Below, piece by piece: positions 45,043 to 54,729 of a DNA stretch of 64,000 nucleotides. The position numbers and the translations under genes are program-made. How positions within the stretch are numbered: position 1 is the stretch's first letter; each line of letters begins with the position of its first letter. The notes beneath the pieces were generated by a model. It had not been told where the DNA came from. It worked only from the letters and a program-made list of their open reading frames with translations, and did no database searches. Source of the stretch: a virus. The stretch lies in IMG/VR virus record IMGVR_UViG_3300021961_000021; one strand, 5' to 3'.

Positions 45043-45360
45043 TCAATCTCGTTGTCTCCAATCATCAGGTTTTTCCCGTTGAAACCAATCTACGATCTCA
45101 TCGGCACTACCAAATCCAGTTCTATGATTCGATGGATCAGGATCACCGATGTCCATAATGTTCATAAATTCATCCAGACTACCTTCTTGCATATCTGGAT
45201 TCGCAGCTTTCCTTCGTGCTTTCCGAATAAGAGCAGCAGCAGATGCATTGCATTTTGCCAACTTTTCTGCCCAGATCATATCAGTCAATTGAACTTCTTC
45301 GCCCTTTGAAATTCTCTCACAAATGAATTCCATTCTCAGGCGATACTGTGTAGAAAGCAT
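45043..45360 (-). CDS. Hypothetical protein (105 aa)
   Basis: ORF track; ATAAATA at 45395-45389. Confidence 0.75.
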   Translation of the reverse strand: MLSTQYRLRMEFICERISKGEEVQLTDMIWAEKLAKCNASAAALIRKARRKAANPDMQEGSLDEFMNIMDIGDPDPSNHRTGFGSADEIVDWFQREKPDDWRQRD

Positions 45361-45391
45361 AAGGGTAACCTATCCCTATCATATGTTATAT

Positions 45392-45727
45392 TTATCCTAA
45401 TGGACGAATGAATGTATTGGCAATAACATTCTCCGCTTCAAATTCTTGCACCATCCAGTCTACACCTTTTTGAGGATCTGTGTGGTCCCCACAGGTGAAA
45501 ATGTCACAGACTGCCATATGATGTTCTGGCCAAGTATGAATACTAATATGACTTTCTGCTAGCATTGCCACACAAGTTACCCCTTGAGGATCAAACTTGT
45601 GTGAGTTGATAGCAAGCAAAGTCGAATTACATTCCCTAGCAGCACCAAAGACGACATCTCTGACGAATCCCTCATCATCGAGTAGTTCTGGGCGAGCACC
45701 TTTAAGGGTAAAAAGAATGTGTTTCAT
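45392..45727 (-). CDS. speD: S-adenosylmethionine decarboxylase proenzyme
   Basis: HKFDPQGVT, MLAESHISIHTWPE, CDIFTCG. Confidence 0.93.
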   Translation of the reverse strand: MKHILFTLKGARPELLDDEGFVRDVVFGAARECNSTLLAINSHKFDPQGVTCVAMLAESHISIHTWPEHHMAVCDIFTCGDHTDPQKGVDWMVQEFEAENVIANTFIRPLG

Positions 45728-45730
45728 TAG

Positions 45731-46306
45731 TTAAATCATAGAGGGGAATCGATCTCGTCTGGTATCTTCATCCAGAGACATCAAAAAGGATATACTCCAT
45801 CGATCTTCATTACTGTGATTGTATGTAACTTCGTGATCTAGATAACCTGGCCAAATCAGAATATCCTTTTCTGTTGGGATATGTGTATGGGTAAATGCGT
45901 GATATGGGCGCACAAGATGAAACGCTTCAACGACAGGAGATGGATTATATAAACTCAAGTAACCAGTATTTGATTCTGGAACAGACAGGTAATAAGTACC
46001 AACAAAGTCCCAACCAGCGTGATTATGCCTGTGTTGGTATCCACCTTTCCCATTGATGTTTACCCAGCAATGAGTCACTTGTAGTTTGTCGTCATATGCC
46101 GCAAAACAAGTTTCAATAAAATCCCTGAAATAGGGATACTCATTGTGGATTCTATTTTGAGATCTGATAGTTGAATACCCAGTACCATTAAAAAGATTAT
46201 CTGCCACACAAAATTCGGATTTGCGTGACAGTAACGATTCTTTTAATTGATCGTGGTATTCAAAATTAGCAGATCCTGTATAAGAAGGAACTTCAAACAT
46301 TTTCAA
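45731..46306 (-). CDS. Putative 2OG-Fe(II) oxygenase
   Basis: HCWVNIN, HNHAGWDFVGTYYL, ILIWPGYLDHEV, RWSISF. Confidence 0.85.
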   Translation of the reverse strand: MKMFEVPSYTGSANFEYHDQLKESLLSRKSEFCVADNLFNGTGYSTIRSQNRIHNEYPYFRDFIETCFAAYDDKLQVTHCWVNINGKGGYQHRHNHAGWDFVGTYYLSVPESNTGYLSLYNPSPVVEAFHLVRPYHAFTHTHIPTEKDILIWPGYLDHEVTYNHSNEDRWSISFLMSLDEDTRRDRFPSMI

Positions 46307-48011
46307 CTAATTTGGAAAAACCATTAACCTTATCAAATTTGATTGTGGTTAAGAACTTATCCATCAGGATTTCCCCTTTATGTGAAATCACAAATAGATT
46401 TGTATTGCTACCAAGTCCCTTAAGAATTTTCAAAAGTTCCTCGGTAGCGTTATTATCTAGGGAGGAATCAAATACCTCATCTAGGATGAGGAGATTTGTT
46501 GTGACGGAGTTTTTTAGTTTAGCGACGTGTCTCCAGGTAAACAAAAGGGCAAGATCTATTTTTTGTTTCTCGCCTTCAGAGAAAGAACTATATGAGAACG
46601 TGTCGCGGTATCTTGATTTTATCACCTCATTGAACTCTTCGTCAAGAGTAAAGTTGATGTATGTATCCATACTAGAGAGGTGCCTGTTAATCGAAGTGTT
46701 GATAACAGGAATATATTTTGAAATGATCTTGGACTTGATACCACCATCTTTGAGCAATGATGATACGATTCTCAGATCTGTTGAGAGTTTACTAACTTCA
46801 GAACAAGATCGTTCCTTTTCAATGTGTTCGTTAAGAAGTCTTTGAAGTTCTGCTTGCTCAGAAGTGATGTCTGATGTATGGGAAAGTTTAGAAATCTCCT
46901 GAAGAATGTTTGTGTTCAATTTGACAAGTCTTTGCTCATCACCGAGAAGACTATTTACTCGATACTGTTTGCGAGTCAGTTCTTCAACAAGTTCTTTAGA
47001 CTTAACCATAGAAGAACGAATCGAATACATTTCTTTTTGCAACGACTCGGAAGCATTCTTATACTCATCCCGTTTCTTACTAAGAATACCAATCTTAAGT
47101 GTACGGAATGATTCCTCAATTGACTGATCACACACTGGGCAGTGAGAGTGCTTGTCAAAAAAATCAGAATCTTTCTGAGACTGCTTTTGCTTTTCCGAAA
47201 TTTTAACGATTAGATCACTGATTCGTTTGTACTGTGCCTCAAGTTTTTCAAGTTCTGTGTTAGAAGAATTTCCATCACTGATTTCTTTAAGAATGCTTTC
47301 AACTTCATTCTTAAGTTTAATCATTGATTTCTCATTCTCATCAAACTGTCCCTGCAGTGCCAAGATTCGTTCATCATTGACTGCAGTTAATTTATCCAGA
47401 GTTTTACGTTGTGAGGTAATTCGTTCTTCAGCAATTTGCAGTTCGTACTGACAATCACGAAGTGACTCATTAGTATCTTTCATCTGCTCCTTGAGCAGAA
47501 TATTCATATGAGAAAATACTTGGATATCCAGGAGATCTTCGATGACTTCTCTTCGATGAGCAGCAGGAAGCTGCATAAAAGGAACAAAAGTGCTACTTCC
47601 CAAAATAACAACCTGAGTAAAAGATTTGAAGTTAAGTTTGAGAATTGATTGTTCCAGATATTTCTGGTAGTCTCGGTTTGCCGCATCTTGGTCAAGCAGT
47701 GATCCCTGCCGATATATTTCAAATATGCCAGGTTTAATTCCACGAACCACCTTGTAGGAAACTGATCCTATTGTAAACTCAATCTCAACGATACATTCTT
47801 TTTCGTTAATAGAATTTACAAGTTGTGGTTTGTTGATCTTACGAAATGGTTTGTTGAAAAGACCAAAGCATAATGCATCCAACAGGGTAGATTTACCAGC
47901 ACCATTGCTACCAATTATAAGGGTGCTTGGTGATTCATTTAGATTTAGTTCGGTAAATTGATTACCAGTGGATAAAAAGTTCTTCCAACGAATCTTTTCA
48001 AATACGATCAT
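46293..48011 (-). CDS. gp46: Recombination endonuclease ATPase subunit (Rad50-like)
   Basis: GSNGAGKST, FSEGEK, LLILDEVFD, VISH; central CPVC hook. Confidence 0.96.
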   Translation of the reverse strand: MIVFEKIRWKNFLSTGNQFTELNLNESPSTLIIGSNGAGKSTLLDALCFGLFNKPFRKINKPQLVNSINEKECIVEIEFTIGSVSYKVVRGIKPGIFEIYRQGSLLDQDAANRDYQKYLEQSILKLNFKSFTQVVILGSSTFVPFMQLPAAHRREVIEDLLDIQVFSHMNILLKEQMKDTNESLRDCQYELQIAEERITSQRKTLDKLTAVNDERILALQGQFDENEKSMIKLKNEVESILKEISDGNSSNTELEKLEAQYKRISDLIVKISEKQKQSQKDSDFFDKHSHCPVCDQSIEESFRTLKIGILSKKRDEYKNASESLQKEMYSIRSSMVKSKELVEELTRKQYRVNSLLGDEQRLVKLNTNILQEISKLSHTSDITSEQAELQRLLNEHIEKERSCSEVSKLSTDLRIVSSLLKDGGIKSKIISKYIPVINTSINRHLSSMDTYINFTLDEEFNEVIKSRYRDTFSYSSFSEGEKQKIDLALLFTWRHVAKLKNSVTTNLLILDEVFDSSLDNNATEELLKILKGLGSNTNLFVISHKGEILMDKFLTTIKFDKVNGFSKLVENV

Positions 48012-48262
48012 AATGGAGGGATTACAAAATCATCTGGTGTAATAATGGCATAAGAGTAACCGTGAGCAAGACAATTTGCCACAACTACATCACGTTCAAC
48101 TTCAGTTACCTCAAGTTTTCTTTTATACTCTGCCTCTTCTAACATCATATGATAACGCGAAGCGTCATCTATGTCAACAAAAATCTGGACAACTTTATCA
48201 TTAGTTTCGTCGTCATTTATGGCATATACGCCTCCAGTTTTTTTGTCGAGTAGCACAAACAT
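48008..48262 (-). CDS. Hypothetical protein (84 aa)
   Basis: ORF track between gp47 and gp46. Confidence 0.7.
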   Translation of the reverse strand: MFVLLDKKTGGVYAINDDETNDKVVQIFVDIDDASRYHMMLEEAEYKRKLEVTEVERDVVVANCLAHGYSYAIITPDDFVIPPL

Positions 48263-49308
48263 TAGATACTAATTGCTTCCATATACAAGGATTTGAGGAT
48301 CTTTACAACGTTCTTCTTGTCGATTGTATCTTCAAGATCTGAAACGTAGCTTTCTAAAATTGTCATAGTGTCTTCAGTTTGGATCGACTCATCGACATCC
48401 GAGAGTTCAAGACTCAAGTCCTCAATGATTTTAAGATCTGCAACACCAACGTCTTGCAAATACTTTACATATCGATCGAACCAAATTTGATTTTGTTTCT
48501 CACCAACAACCAACTTAACATACGATCCAGCAAGATCAGAATGATCTGGAATCGTTTCATATGAGTTGCTAACGTCATCATAGTAGATCTTATTAAAGAT
48601 CGTATATGGATTGGCGTAAAACTGCAATTTAAGAGTATCAGTATTTAGTACGTGGAAACCACGGCGTTGTCCGTAATCATTCCAATAAAGTTGGTATGGA
48701 TTACCCAAGTAATTAATCTTACCCTTACGGGATTTCATATGATAGTGTCCCGAGCAGACAAGATCAAATTTATCATAGGTGGATGGATCTTGACCGTGCT
48801 CCATAACCATACCTGGGACAGCTTCAAAACCATTAAGCTCCAGATGGCCGCAGCACACAGAAGCAAAACTATTTTCGATTTCACTTCTGGTTCTTCGTCC
48901 ATTATCATCACATATCCAAGGCAGAAGAAGAAACTTGCGACTATCAAACACAAGCTCAGTAGGCTCGTCAACAATAGTAATGTTGTCATAACCCGAAAGA
49001 AGATGCGATGGGGCATTGATCTTCAGGGTGTTCTTATAATAGATGTCGTGATTTCCAATCAACATCCACATATGAACACCAAGTTCCTCTAATCGATCAA
49101 ACCACATCTCTTTGGCAGCATCAAGAGAATAGAAGTTAATACTTTTGCGACGATCAAAGGTATCACCCAAGCACATAACGTGTTTGATTTCGTTCTTGAT
49201 GATGAACGGAATAACTACATCAGAATAGAATTGCTTATACTTATCAATGAAGACTTGATTATCATTCCGAACACCGAAGTGTTGATCGGTAATCATCAAT
49301 ATTTTCAC
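48262..49308 (-). CDS. gp47: Recombination endonuclease subunit (Mre11-like)
   Basis: ITDQHFG, LGDTFD, IGNHD, GHLE, SGHYH. Confidence 0.96.
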   Translation of the reverse strand: MKILMITDQHFGVRNDNQVFIDKYKQFYSDVVIPFIIKNEIKHVMCLGDTFDRRKSINFYSLDAAKEMWFDRLEELGVHMWMLIGNHDIYYKNTLKINAPSHLLSGYDNITIVDEPTELVFDSRKFLLLPWICDDNGRRTRSEIENSFASVCCGHLELNGFEAVPGMVMEHGQDPSTYDKFDLVCSGHYHMKSRKGKINYLGNPYQLYWNDYGQRRGFHVLNTDTLKLQFYANPYTIFNKIYYDDVSNSYETIPDHSDLAGSYVKLVVGEKQNQIWFDRYVKYLQDVGVADLKIIEDLSLELSDVDESIQTEDTMTILESYVSDLEDTIDKKNVVKILKSLYMEAISI

Positions 49309-49553
49309 AGTTTGCCTCCAACTTTTCCATCATTAAGAACCCTACTGTTATCTTCGGACCATCCCTCTTGCCTACCTTTAAGGTAGAAACGGGTGCCAGA
49401 GATACACTGTTCTTCAGTCATAGCGGTTACTAATTCTTCACCGTCTTTTGCTGCACTGTGCCACAGACCATATTTAGTTTTATAGACACGAAAGGCATCA
49501 TCAATCCAGTTATGCTCAGCAATCTCTGGATGTTCATTCTTAGTAGGTTCCAT
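49305..49553 (-). CDS. Hypothetical protein (82 aa)
   Basis: ORF track; coupled to gp55 stop. Confidence 0.7.
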   Translation of the reverse strand: MEPTKNEHPEIAEHNWIDDAFRVYKTKYGLWHSAAKDGEELVTAMTEEQCISGTRFYLKGRQEGWSEDNSRVLNDGKVGGKL

Positions 49554-50035
49554 CAGTAGCGGTTGTTCATTTCGATACGACTCTTAATACCATTATACAC
49601 GGTATTGTCGTGATAGTCATCTGTATGAAATACCTGATCAAAACCAGACTTCTCTACGATCTTCTCTCGTATTGCTTGCTGTCTTTTCTCTTTAGCAATC
49701 CTTCTCAGGAAAGCAAAGTAAACAATCTGAGTGAAGTAGGCAAAAGGATTCCTTGATTTTTCTGGATTGAAGTTATCGATATATTGTACACAATTCTCTA
49801 CACCATCGGAGATCATATCCTCCTTGTACATATAGTTGATGAAGTTGGGTCTATATGAAAGGTGGGTAGCGATCTTTAGAAAGCAGTCTCCCAAGTATTC
49901 TGTAATTCTAGGCTTTGGTTTTCCATCTGCAGCAGCTTTCTCCACCCGTGCCTTGTAAGCAACCAAAGCATCGAGAAACATAGAGTTGTCAATGTAATGC
50001 TGATTTTTTGGTTTTCTGGACATTAAGATTGACAT
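49553..50035 (-). CDS. gp55: Late-transcription sigma factor
   Basis: HYIDN, LSYRPNFINY, EDMISDG, NPFAYFTQIVYFAFLRRI. Confidence 0.95.
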   Translation of the reverse strand: MSILMSRKPKNQHYIDNSMFLDALVAYKARVEKAAADGKPKPRITEYLGDCFLKIATHLSYRPNFINYMYKEDMISDGVENCVQYIDNFNPEKSRNPFAYFTQIVYFAFLRRIAKEKRQQAIREKIVEKSGFDQVFHTDDYHDNTVYNGIKSRIEMNNRY

Positions 50036-50061
50036 TCGATTTGTTCTCTAATCATCACAAA

Positions 50062-50090
50062 ACATTATCAGAGAATCAAGATTTTGTCAA
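50062..50090 (-). promoter_or_regulatory. Sigma70-like promoter of gp55
   Basis: TTGACA (50090-50085), 17 bp, TAATGT. Confidence 0.6.
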
Positions 50091-50094
50091 CAGC

Positions 50095-50123
50095 TTGACA
50101 CGCTGACAATAACTAATTATAAT
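50095..50123 (+). promoter_or_regulatory. Perfect-consensus sigma70 promoter facing antisense
   Basis: TTGACA (50095-50100), 17 bp, TATAAT (50118-50123). Confidence 0.8.
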
Positions 50124-50150
50124 CAACACTGTCGGGGTTGATCAACAACT

Positions 50151-50588
50151 CTAAGAGCTTCTATAGAGATCTTCTAGTCTCATACGAGTTTCTTCAACTC
50201 TACCTATGAGTCCCATTGTTTCGTTTACTTCAACTTCTCTGGTGAGCTCAAGTTCGTCTAGATCCACATCTTCATATTCAGATTGGACGAACATTTTATA
50301 CATCATCGTTGCTTCCTCAGATAGAGGAGCAATGCTGAGAATTTTGTCTTCTTGAATAATGAAGAAGTCGGCATCAGAAAACACTTGCCATTTCTTTAGA
50401 CCAACCGCTTGTGCTCGCTTTTCGTTTTGCACCACCTCGCTGAGATGAACTTTGGCAGGTTGAGTGATGAACAAAAGATCTTGTCCTTCGTCTTCACTGA
50501 CACACATCTTTCCTACGATCTCATCTCCATTTTGGAGTTTTGCAGTTCCGTAGAACTCTTCATCGTGTCTGATGTAGTTAATTGCCAT
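50151..50588 (-). CDS. Hypothetical protein (Sm-like candidate)
   Basis: YGTAKLQNGDEIVGKM...GLKKWQ. Confidence 0.75.
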   Translation of the reverse strand: MAINYIRHDEEFYGTAKLQNGDEIVGKMCVSEDEGQDLLFITQPAKVHLSEVVQNEKRAQAVGLKKWQVFSDADFFIIQEDKILSIAPLSEEATMMYKMFVQSEYEDVDLDELELTREVEVNETMGLIGRVEETRMRLEDLYRSS

Positions 50589-50590
50589 AG

Positions 50591-52057
50591 TTAATCTTTA
50601 CCTTTTAGATTGATTTCAGTAATGGAATAATCAAACTTCTCATCTTTATAAAGACGGATGCGTTCAATCATATGATTCAATGTCGAATTACGATGTCTCT
50701 CATTGCTAATATCATCAGCAAAATCATAAAGATATGCCCGAGATTTAGAATCGTGTTTTCTTAGTGCTCTACCAATAGACTGTAGGTTTCTAATTCTTGA
50801 TTTGGAAGGGGAAGCAAATATTACGTTGTGTAGATTTTTTATATTGATGCCAGTTGAGAATGTGCCATATGATGCCAGAATAATTGCGTTATCAGTAGAC
50901 TCGCAAATCTGACGTACCTTCTCTCGTTCATCGACGGCAATGCCACCGTGAACAAAGAATAAATGTTTTCCTTCCCCTTTACTATTTAGCAGATCCCATA
51001 AATGGTCACCGTGACGTTCAATGAAGTTGAATAGTATTAAGGTATTGCCACTCAAATCTCTAGCAAGAGAAGTGATAATCTTGTTCCTTGTTTCGTGAGT
51101 GATGATGTAATCCAGTTCTTGCTGGTATGTGTCGAAGTGTCTGTAATCGTGACGACACAGTAAGATGTTGATCTTTAGATCAGACAGATGTCCTTCCTTC
51201 TGAAGTTGCTCAGTACGAACCACTCGATCTACAGGACCGAACAATCCTTCAAGAACGAGTTGATGTGTCTCAGTGCCGTCAAGTGTTCCTGTCAGACCAA
51301 TGCGATACTTGCATCCGTGCATCTTCGTGAGAAGACTTGTCAGAGACTTAGCCTTGAAAAGATGTGCTTCATCTCCAATAACAACATCAAACCTGTTAAA
51401 AAAGTTACGAGGTTCTTTGTAGATAGACTGCCACGTAGATATGACAACAGGAGACCGTGTATAGCGGTCTTTACCTCCATAGACTTTAGAGCAATGAGCA
51501 TCTGCTTTCCATCCGTATGATTCAAAGTCCTTATACATCTGCTCAACCAAACTGGTAGTTGGCACAATGAGAAGAACTTCCCTATTGAACTGCAGATGCC
51601 ACCGAATGAGGCAATAGATTATGAAAGATTTTCCAGACCCAGTTGGTGATAGTAGAAGCTTACGGTTATGCTTGAGAGCACTATAAAGTCCTCGTAACTG
51701 ATATTCTCTGGGTCTAAAAGGGATACCCAAAGATCGCACAAAACCGTATACGGAGTCAGGGGTGATATTCTCACTTACTTCATTCGGTGTTCCATAATAC
51801 TTATTATCCTTCACCGTGAAGTTGTAACCTTTCTTATCAAACCATTCTTTTAGATAGTCGTAAAGACCAACATATAGTTCTCCAGTGCCAGGAGAATACA
51901 AGCGAATCTTGCCATCCCAATACTTATACTTACGCTGTCTTTGAAGAAACTTGGCATTGGGAATATCAAACGTGAAATAATCTGACAGTTCTTGATGGAT
52001 GTGCGGTTCAGCATCAATCCTTAGGAACACCTCGTTCTTCTTGGAAATAACAGTCAT
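50591..52057 (-). CDS. uvsW: SF2 DNA helicase
   Basis: PTGSGKS, GDEAH, GLTGT, STGINI, QSIGRALR. Confidence 0.95.
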   Translation of the reverse strand: MTVISKKNEVFLRIDAEPHIHQELSDYFTFDIPNAKFLQRQRKYKYWDGKIRLYSPGTGELYVGLYDYLKEWFDKKGYNFTVKDNKYYGTPNEVSENITPDSVYGFVRSLGIPFRPREYQLRGLYSALKHNRKLLLSPTGSGKSFIIYCLIRWHLQFNREVLLIVPTTSLVEQMYKDFESYGWKADAHCSKVYGGKDRYTRSPVVISTWQSIYKEPRNFFNRFDVVIGDEAHLFKAKSLTSLLTKMHGCKYRIGLTGTLDGTETHQLVLEGLFGPVDRVVRTEQLQKEGHLSDLKINILLCRHDYRHFDTYQQELDYIITHETRNKIITSLARDLSGNTLILFNFIERHGDHLWDLLNSKGEGKHLFFVHGGIAVDEREKVRQICESTDNAIILASYGTFSTGINIKNLHNVIFASPSKSRIRNLQSIGRALRKHDSKSRAYLYDFADDISNERHRNSTLNHMIERIRLYKDEKFDYSITEINLKGKD

Positions 52058-52486
52058 TTAGAAACCTGCTTCAAATCGCCTATGTTCCAAGGCATTTTTA
52101 ATGTGGAATGTTCTATTATTGATTTGTTTTAGAACACCCTCAAGATAATTTATAAGGGTTTCAAAATAAGCAATTTTCATTTTCTGTTTCGTGATGTCAT
52201 CATCCGAATCAATGAAAAGATCTAGATCCCCTTTCAGCACTTTCAGATCAAAGGGACTTTCTTTATATACTTCTGGATCTGCTTTACCCGTATAGTACAA
52301 CCACTTCTCTTTGTACATCGAGTTCAGACGAATCCGATTCTCCTCCAAGATCAACTTGTACTTGCAGTAGAAGTCGTGATACTTGGCGTGTAGCGATGGA
52401 ATCTTTAAGGATTCTTTGTCTAGTCTGTCTTCATCAAAAACACAGTCTTGTCCCCAAGACTGCTTAACCATTTCAATTGGATCCAT
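52058..52486 (-). CDS. uvsY: Recombination mediator
   Basis: SLKIPSLHAKY, YYTGKA, INNRTFHIKNALE; position next to uvsW. Confidence 0.9.
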   Translation of the reverse strand: MDPIEMVKQSWGQDCVFDEDRLDKESLKIPSLHAKYHDFYCKYKLILEENRIRLNSMYKEKWLYYTGKADPEVYKESPFDLKVLKGDLDLFIDSDDDITKQKMKIAYFETLINYLEGVLKQINNRTFHIKNALEHRRFEAGF

Positions 52487-52488
52487 AA

Positions 52489-53043
52489 TTACTTCAGTTT
52501 GTCAACACGGTTACCGAACAGATCTTGGACTTGGTAAGAAAGATAATCAAATTCAACTGATGCTGTGAAATATTCTGTGTCTGCCAGGGAACCATCAAAT
52601 TCCAATGTAGTCAGATATGTTGGATTGAGATCTTTAAATACAATATTAAACTTGGGGTTAAAATTGGAATCCAAGACAGACAACGTAGCATCTGCAAAAG
52701 GAAAGTCGCCAATACCTTTTGCTTGATTGATATCTAGTTGCTGAAACTGTTCTCTTTCATTATAGTTGTCTGGCACGCCCAAAGCACGCATCCAGTTATG
52801 GAGAATCATATAGTTCTCCAGATCTTCGTCCACAAGAAATCGCAAAGAAAGGTTTTCGTAATCGAGAACACCTTCTCTATTGATTGTTCTGTATGGTGTA
52901 TCTTGCGCTACCAGCGACATACGGATGCCAGGGATATTTGCAGACTGTGCGAAGTATGCAACCTTTGGATACTTTGCCAGAGTAAAACGGAAGCCACCAG
53001 GACTCAAGAAATTCCTATTGCCAATTTGAGAAGCGAAAGACAT
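52489..53043 (-). CDS. gp3: Tail tube terminator/completion protein (gp3-like)
   Basis: NFLSPGGFRF, SANIPG, FLVDEDLENY...NW, SDATL-like segment; AATAAATA at 53081-53074. Confidence 0.8.
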   Translation of the reverse strand: MSFASQIGNRNFLSPGGFRFTLAKYPKVAYFAQSANIPGIRMSLVAQDTPYRTINREGVLDYENLSLRFLVDEDLENYMILHNWMRALGVPDNYNEREQFQQLDINQAKGIGDFPFADATLSVLDSNFNPKFNIVFKDLNPTYLTTLEFDGSLADTEYFTASVEFDYLSYQVQDLFGNRVDKLK

Positions 53044-53080
53044 TTACTATATTGTGGTTGTTCCGTTCTCAAGTATTTAT

Positions 53081-53248
53081 TCAGTTGGAGAACTCATTCA
53101 CATAATCGAGTACCCGATCGAGAACTTCACTTGCCACTTGACATTCTCTAAACGTGTAGTGCTTACTATTGCACAAATAAGGTAGATCTCGCTTCTGCCG
53201 ATACAAATATGCGAGCATATCTACCTTGGAAATAATACCTCTAGGCAT
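53081..53248 (-). CDS. Small hypothetical protein (55 aa)
   Basis: Hand-translated MPRGIISKVDMLAYLYRQKRDLPYLCNSKHYTFRECQVASEVLDRVLDYVNEFSN; TATAAATA at 53279-53272. Confidence 0.6.
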   Translation of the reverse strand: MPRGIISKVDMLAYLYRQKRDLPYLCNSKHYTFRECQVASEVLDRVLDYVNEFSN

Positions 53249-53278
53249 TTATACCAACGGGATAGTTGTTGTATTTAT

Positions 53279-53307
53279 AAAAAAAAGGACCCCCTCAGGG
53301 GTCCCTT
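53279..53307 (-). terminator. Intrinsic terminator after gp23
   Basis: GGACCCC-TGAG-GGGGTCC then T-run. Confidence 0.85.
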
Positions 53308-53325
53308 GAAGTTATGTGAAAAGAC

Positions 53326-54672
53326 TCACATCAGGTTGTCAACGAGAACGCGACGATAGTAGCGGTTAGCGTTGGCGGTGAGAGCACCGCTGCCTTGTGT
53401 GGTGCCTTCTGCGAAGGGGTTGGCGACGAGACCATAGCGGGTCTTGAAGCCGATCTTCGGTTGGAAGGTGTCCTGACCCACGGCACGAACCATTTGCAGG
53501 GGAACGTAGGGGCAATAGAACAGACCAGCGTCATAAGCGGTAGAACCCTTATAACCAGCAACGTAGAAGTGACGATCACTTACGTTAGCAGAATAAGGAT
53601 CAACGTAGACCTTGATACGACCGTTCAGAGTACCAGCCAGGGTGCTGGAGTTGTCGTCGGGGAGCAGACCGCTGTTACCAGCCAGTGCGGGGGTGTAATC
53701 CAGAACACCTGCCATTGACAGTGCCGAAGCAACGTCAGCAGAGCAGATGAGGATGTTGCCCTTGCCACGACGAGTCTCGTGACCGATAGCGTTCATATCA
53801 CGCTCGATCTGGAACAGGAGACCCTTGAACTTCTCAACGCTCCAGCGACCGTTGGAGTCAACGTCGAGGTCGAAGATACCAGGGTTAGCAGTGTTGTTAG
53901 CAGCGCCTTGGCGAGCAACGCGATAGACGGTACGAACAACCTCACGGTTGATCTCAGCCAGAACCTCAGTGGAGAGGATGTTGGCGAGTTCGGATTCTGC
54001 ATCCAGACCGTGAACTGCCTTCAGGTCTTGAGCCAGCTCAAGGCTGTACTCTGCCTTCAGTGCGCGTGACTTGGCGGTAACGGTGACCTTCTCGATGGAG
54101 AAGTTCATCTCTGCGAAAGCATTACCTGCTGCATCACCCAGAGCCTCAGACTCAGCGGTGGGCATACCGTCAGAAACGGTGTAGGTGCCGCCATCGTTCA
54201 GCAGACCAGGGTTGCTGCCGCTCTGAGCGGTACGACCCAGGTTAGATGCTGCGTTCTCTGCAGAGAACTCGGTATCTGCTTCGTTGAAGAATGACTCAGT
54301 ACCACTGGTACGATCAGTACCATAGCGTGAGCGCATTGCGAAGATCAGACCAGTAGGACCAGTCATCGGCTGAACACCAGCGATGTCATAAGCAATCAGC
54401 TTAGGCATCGAACGGCGAATCAGGCTGATCAGAACGGGGTCGAAACCAGCAACAGGACCAGTAGCGGTTGAAGAACCAGTGAAACCACCAGTACCAGCCG
54501 ACATTGTGGGAGCAGCCTCAGTCAGGATGCCACGCTCTTCCTTAAGGAATTTTTCTTGGTTCTCAAGCAGGATAGCGGTAACACTCTTCTTGTAAGAATC
54601 CTTGATGTTATCAAGACCTTCGCACTCAAGAACGGGTGCCCACTTTTCCTGCAGATGCTCGGAATTAAACAT
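53326..54672 (-). CDS. gp23: Major capsid protein
   Basis: KWAPVL, GVQPMTGPTGLIFAMRSRY, EKVTVTAKSRALKAEY, GLFYCPYVPLQ, KTRYG. Confidence 0.98.
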   Translation of the reverse strand: MFNSEHLQEKWAPVLECEGLDNIKDSYKKSVTAILLENQEKFLKEERGILTEAAPTMSAGTGGFTGSSTATGPVAGFDPVLISLIRRSMPKLIAYDIAGVQPMTGPTGLIFAMRSRYGTDRTSGTESFFNEADTEFSAENAASNLGRTAQSGSNPGLLNDGGTYTVSDGMPTAESEALGDAAGNAFAEMNFSIEKVTVTAKSRALKAEYSLELAQDLKAVHGLDAESELANILSTEVLAEINREVVRTVYRVARQGAANNTANPGIFDLDVDSNGRWSVEKFKGLLFQIERDMNAIGHETRRGKGNILICSADVASALSMAGVLDYTPALAGNSGLLPDDNSSTLAGTLNGRIKVYVDPYSANVSDRHFYVAGYKGSTAYDAGLFYCPYVPLQMVRAVGQDTFQPKIGFKTRYGLVANPFAEGTTQGSGALTANANRYYRRVLVDNLM

Positions 54673-54729
54673 TGCAGTTAACCTCTAAAAAGTAAAAAAG
54701 TGTACTTTGAAATATTATTGGGGACTAAC

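Noticed and set aside
44151-45309. Plus-strand ORFs of 233 and 210 aa
   Set aside because: Shadows of the VWA gene and neighbours.
53138-53166. Plus-strand TTGACA inside the 55-aa ORF
   Set aside because: No acceptable -10 at 16-18 bp.
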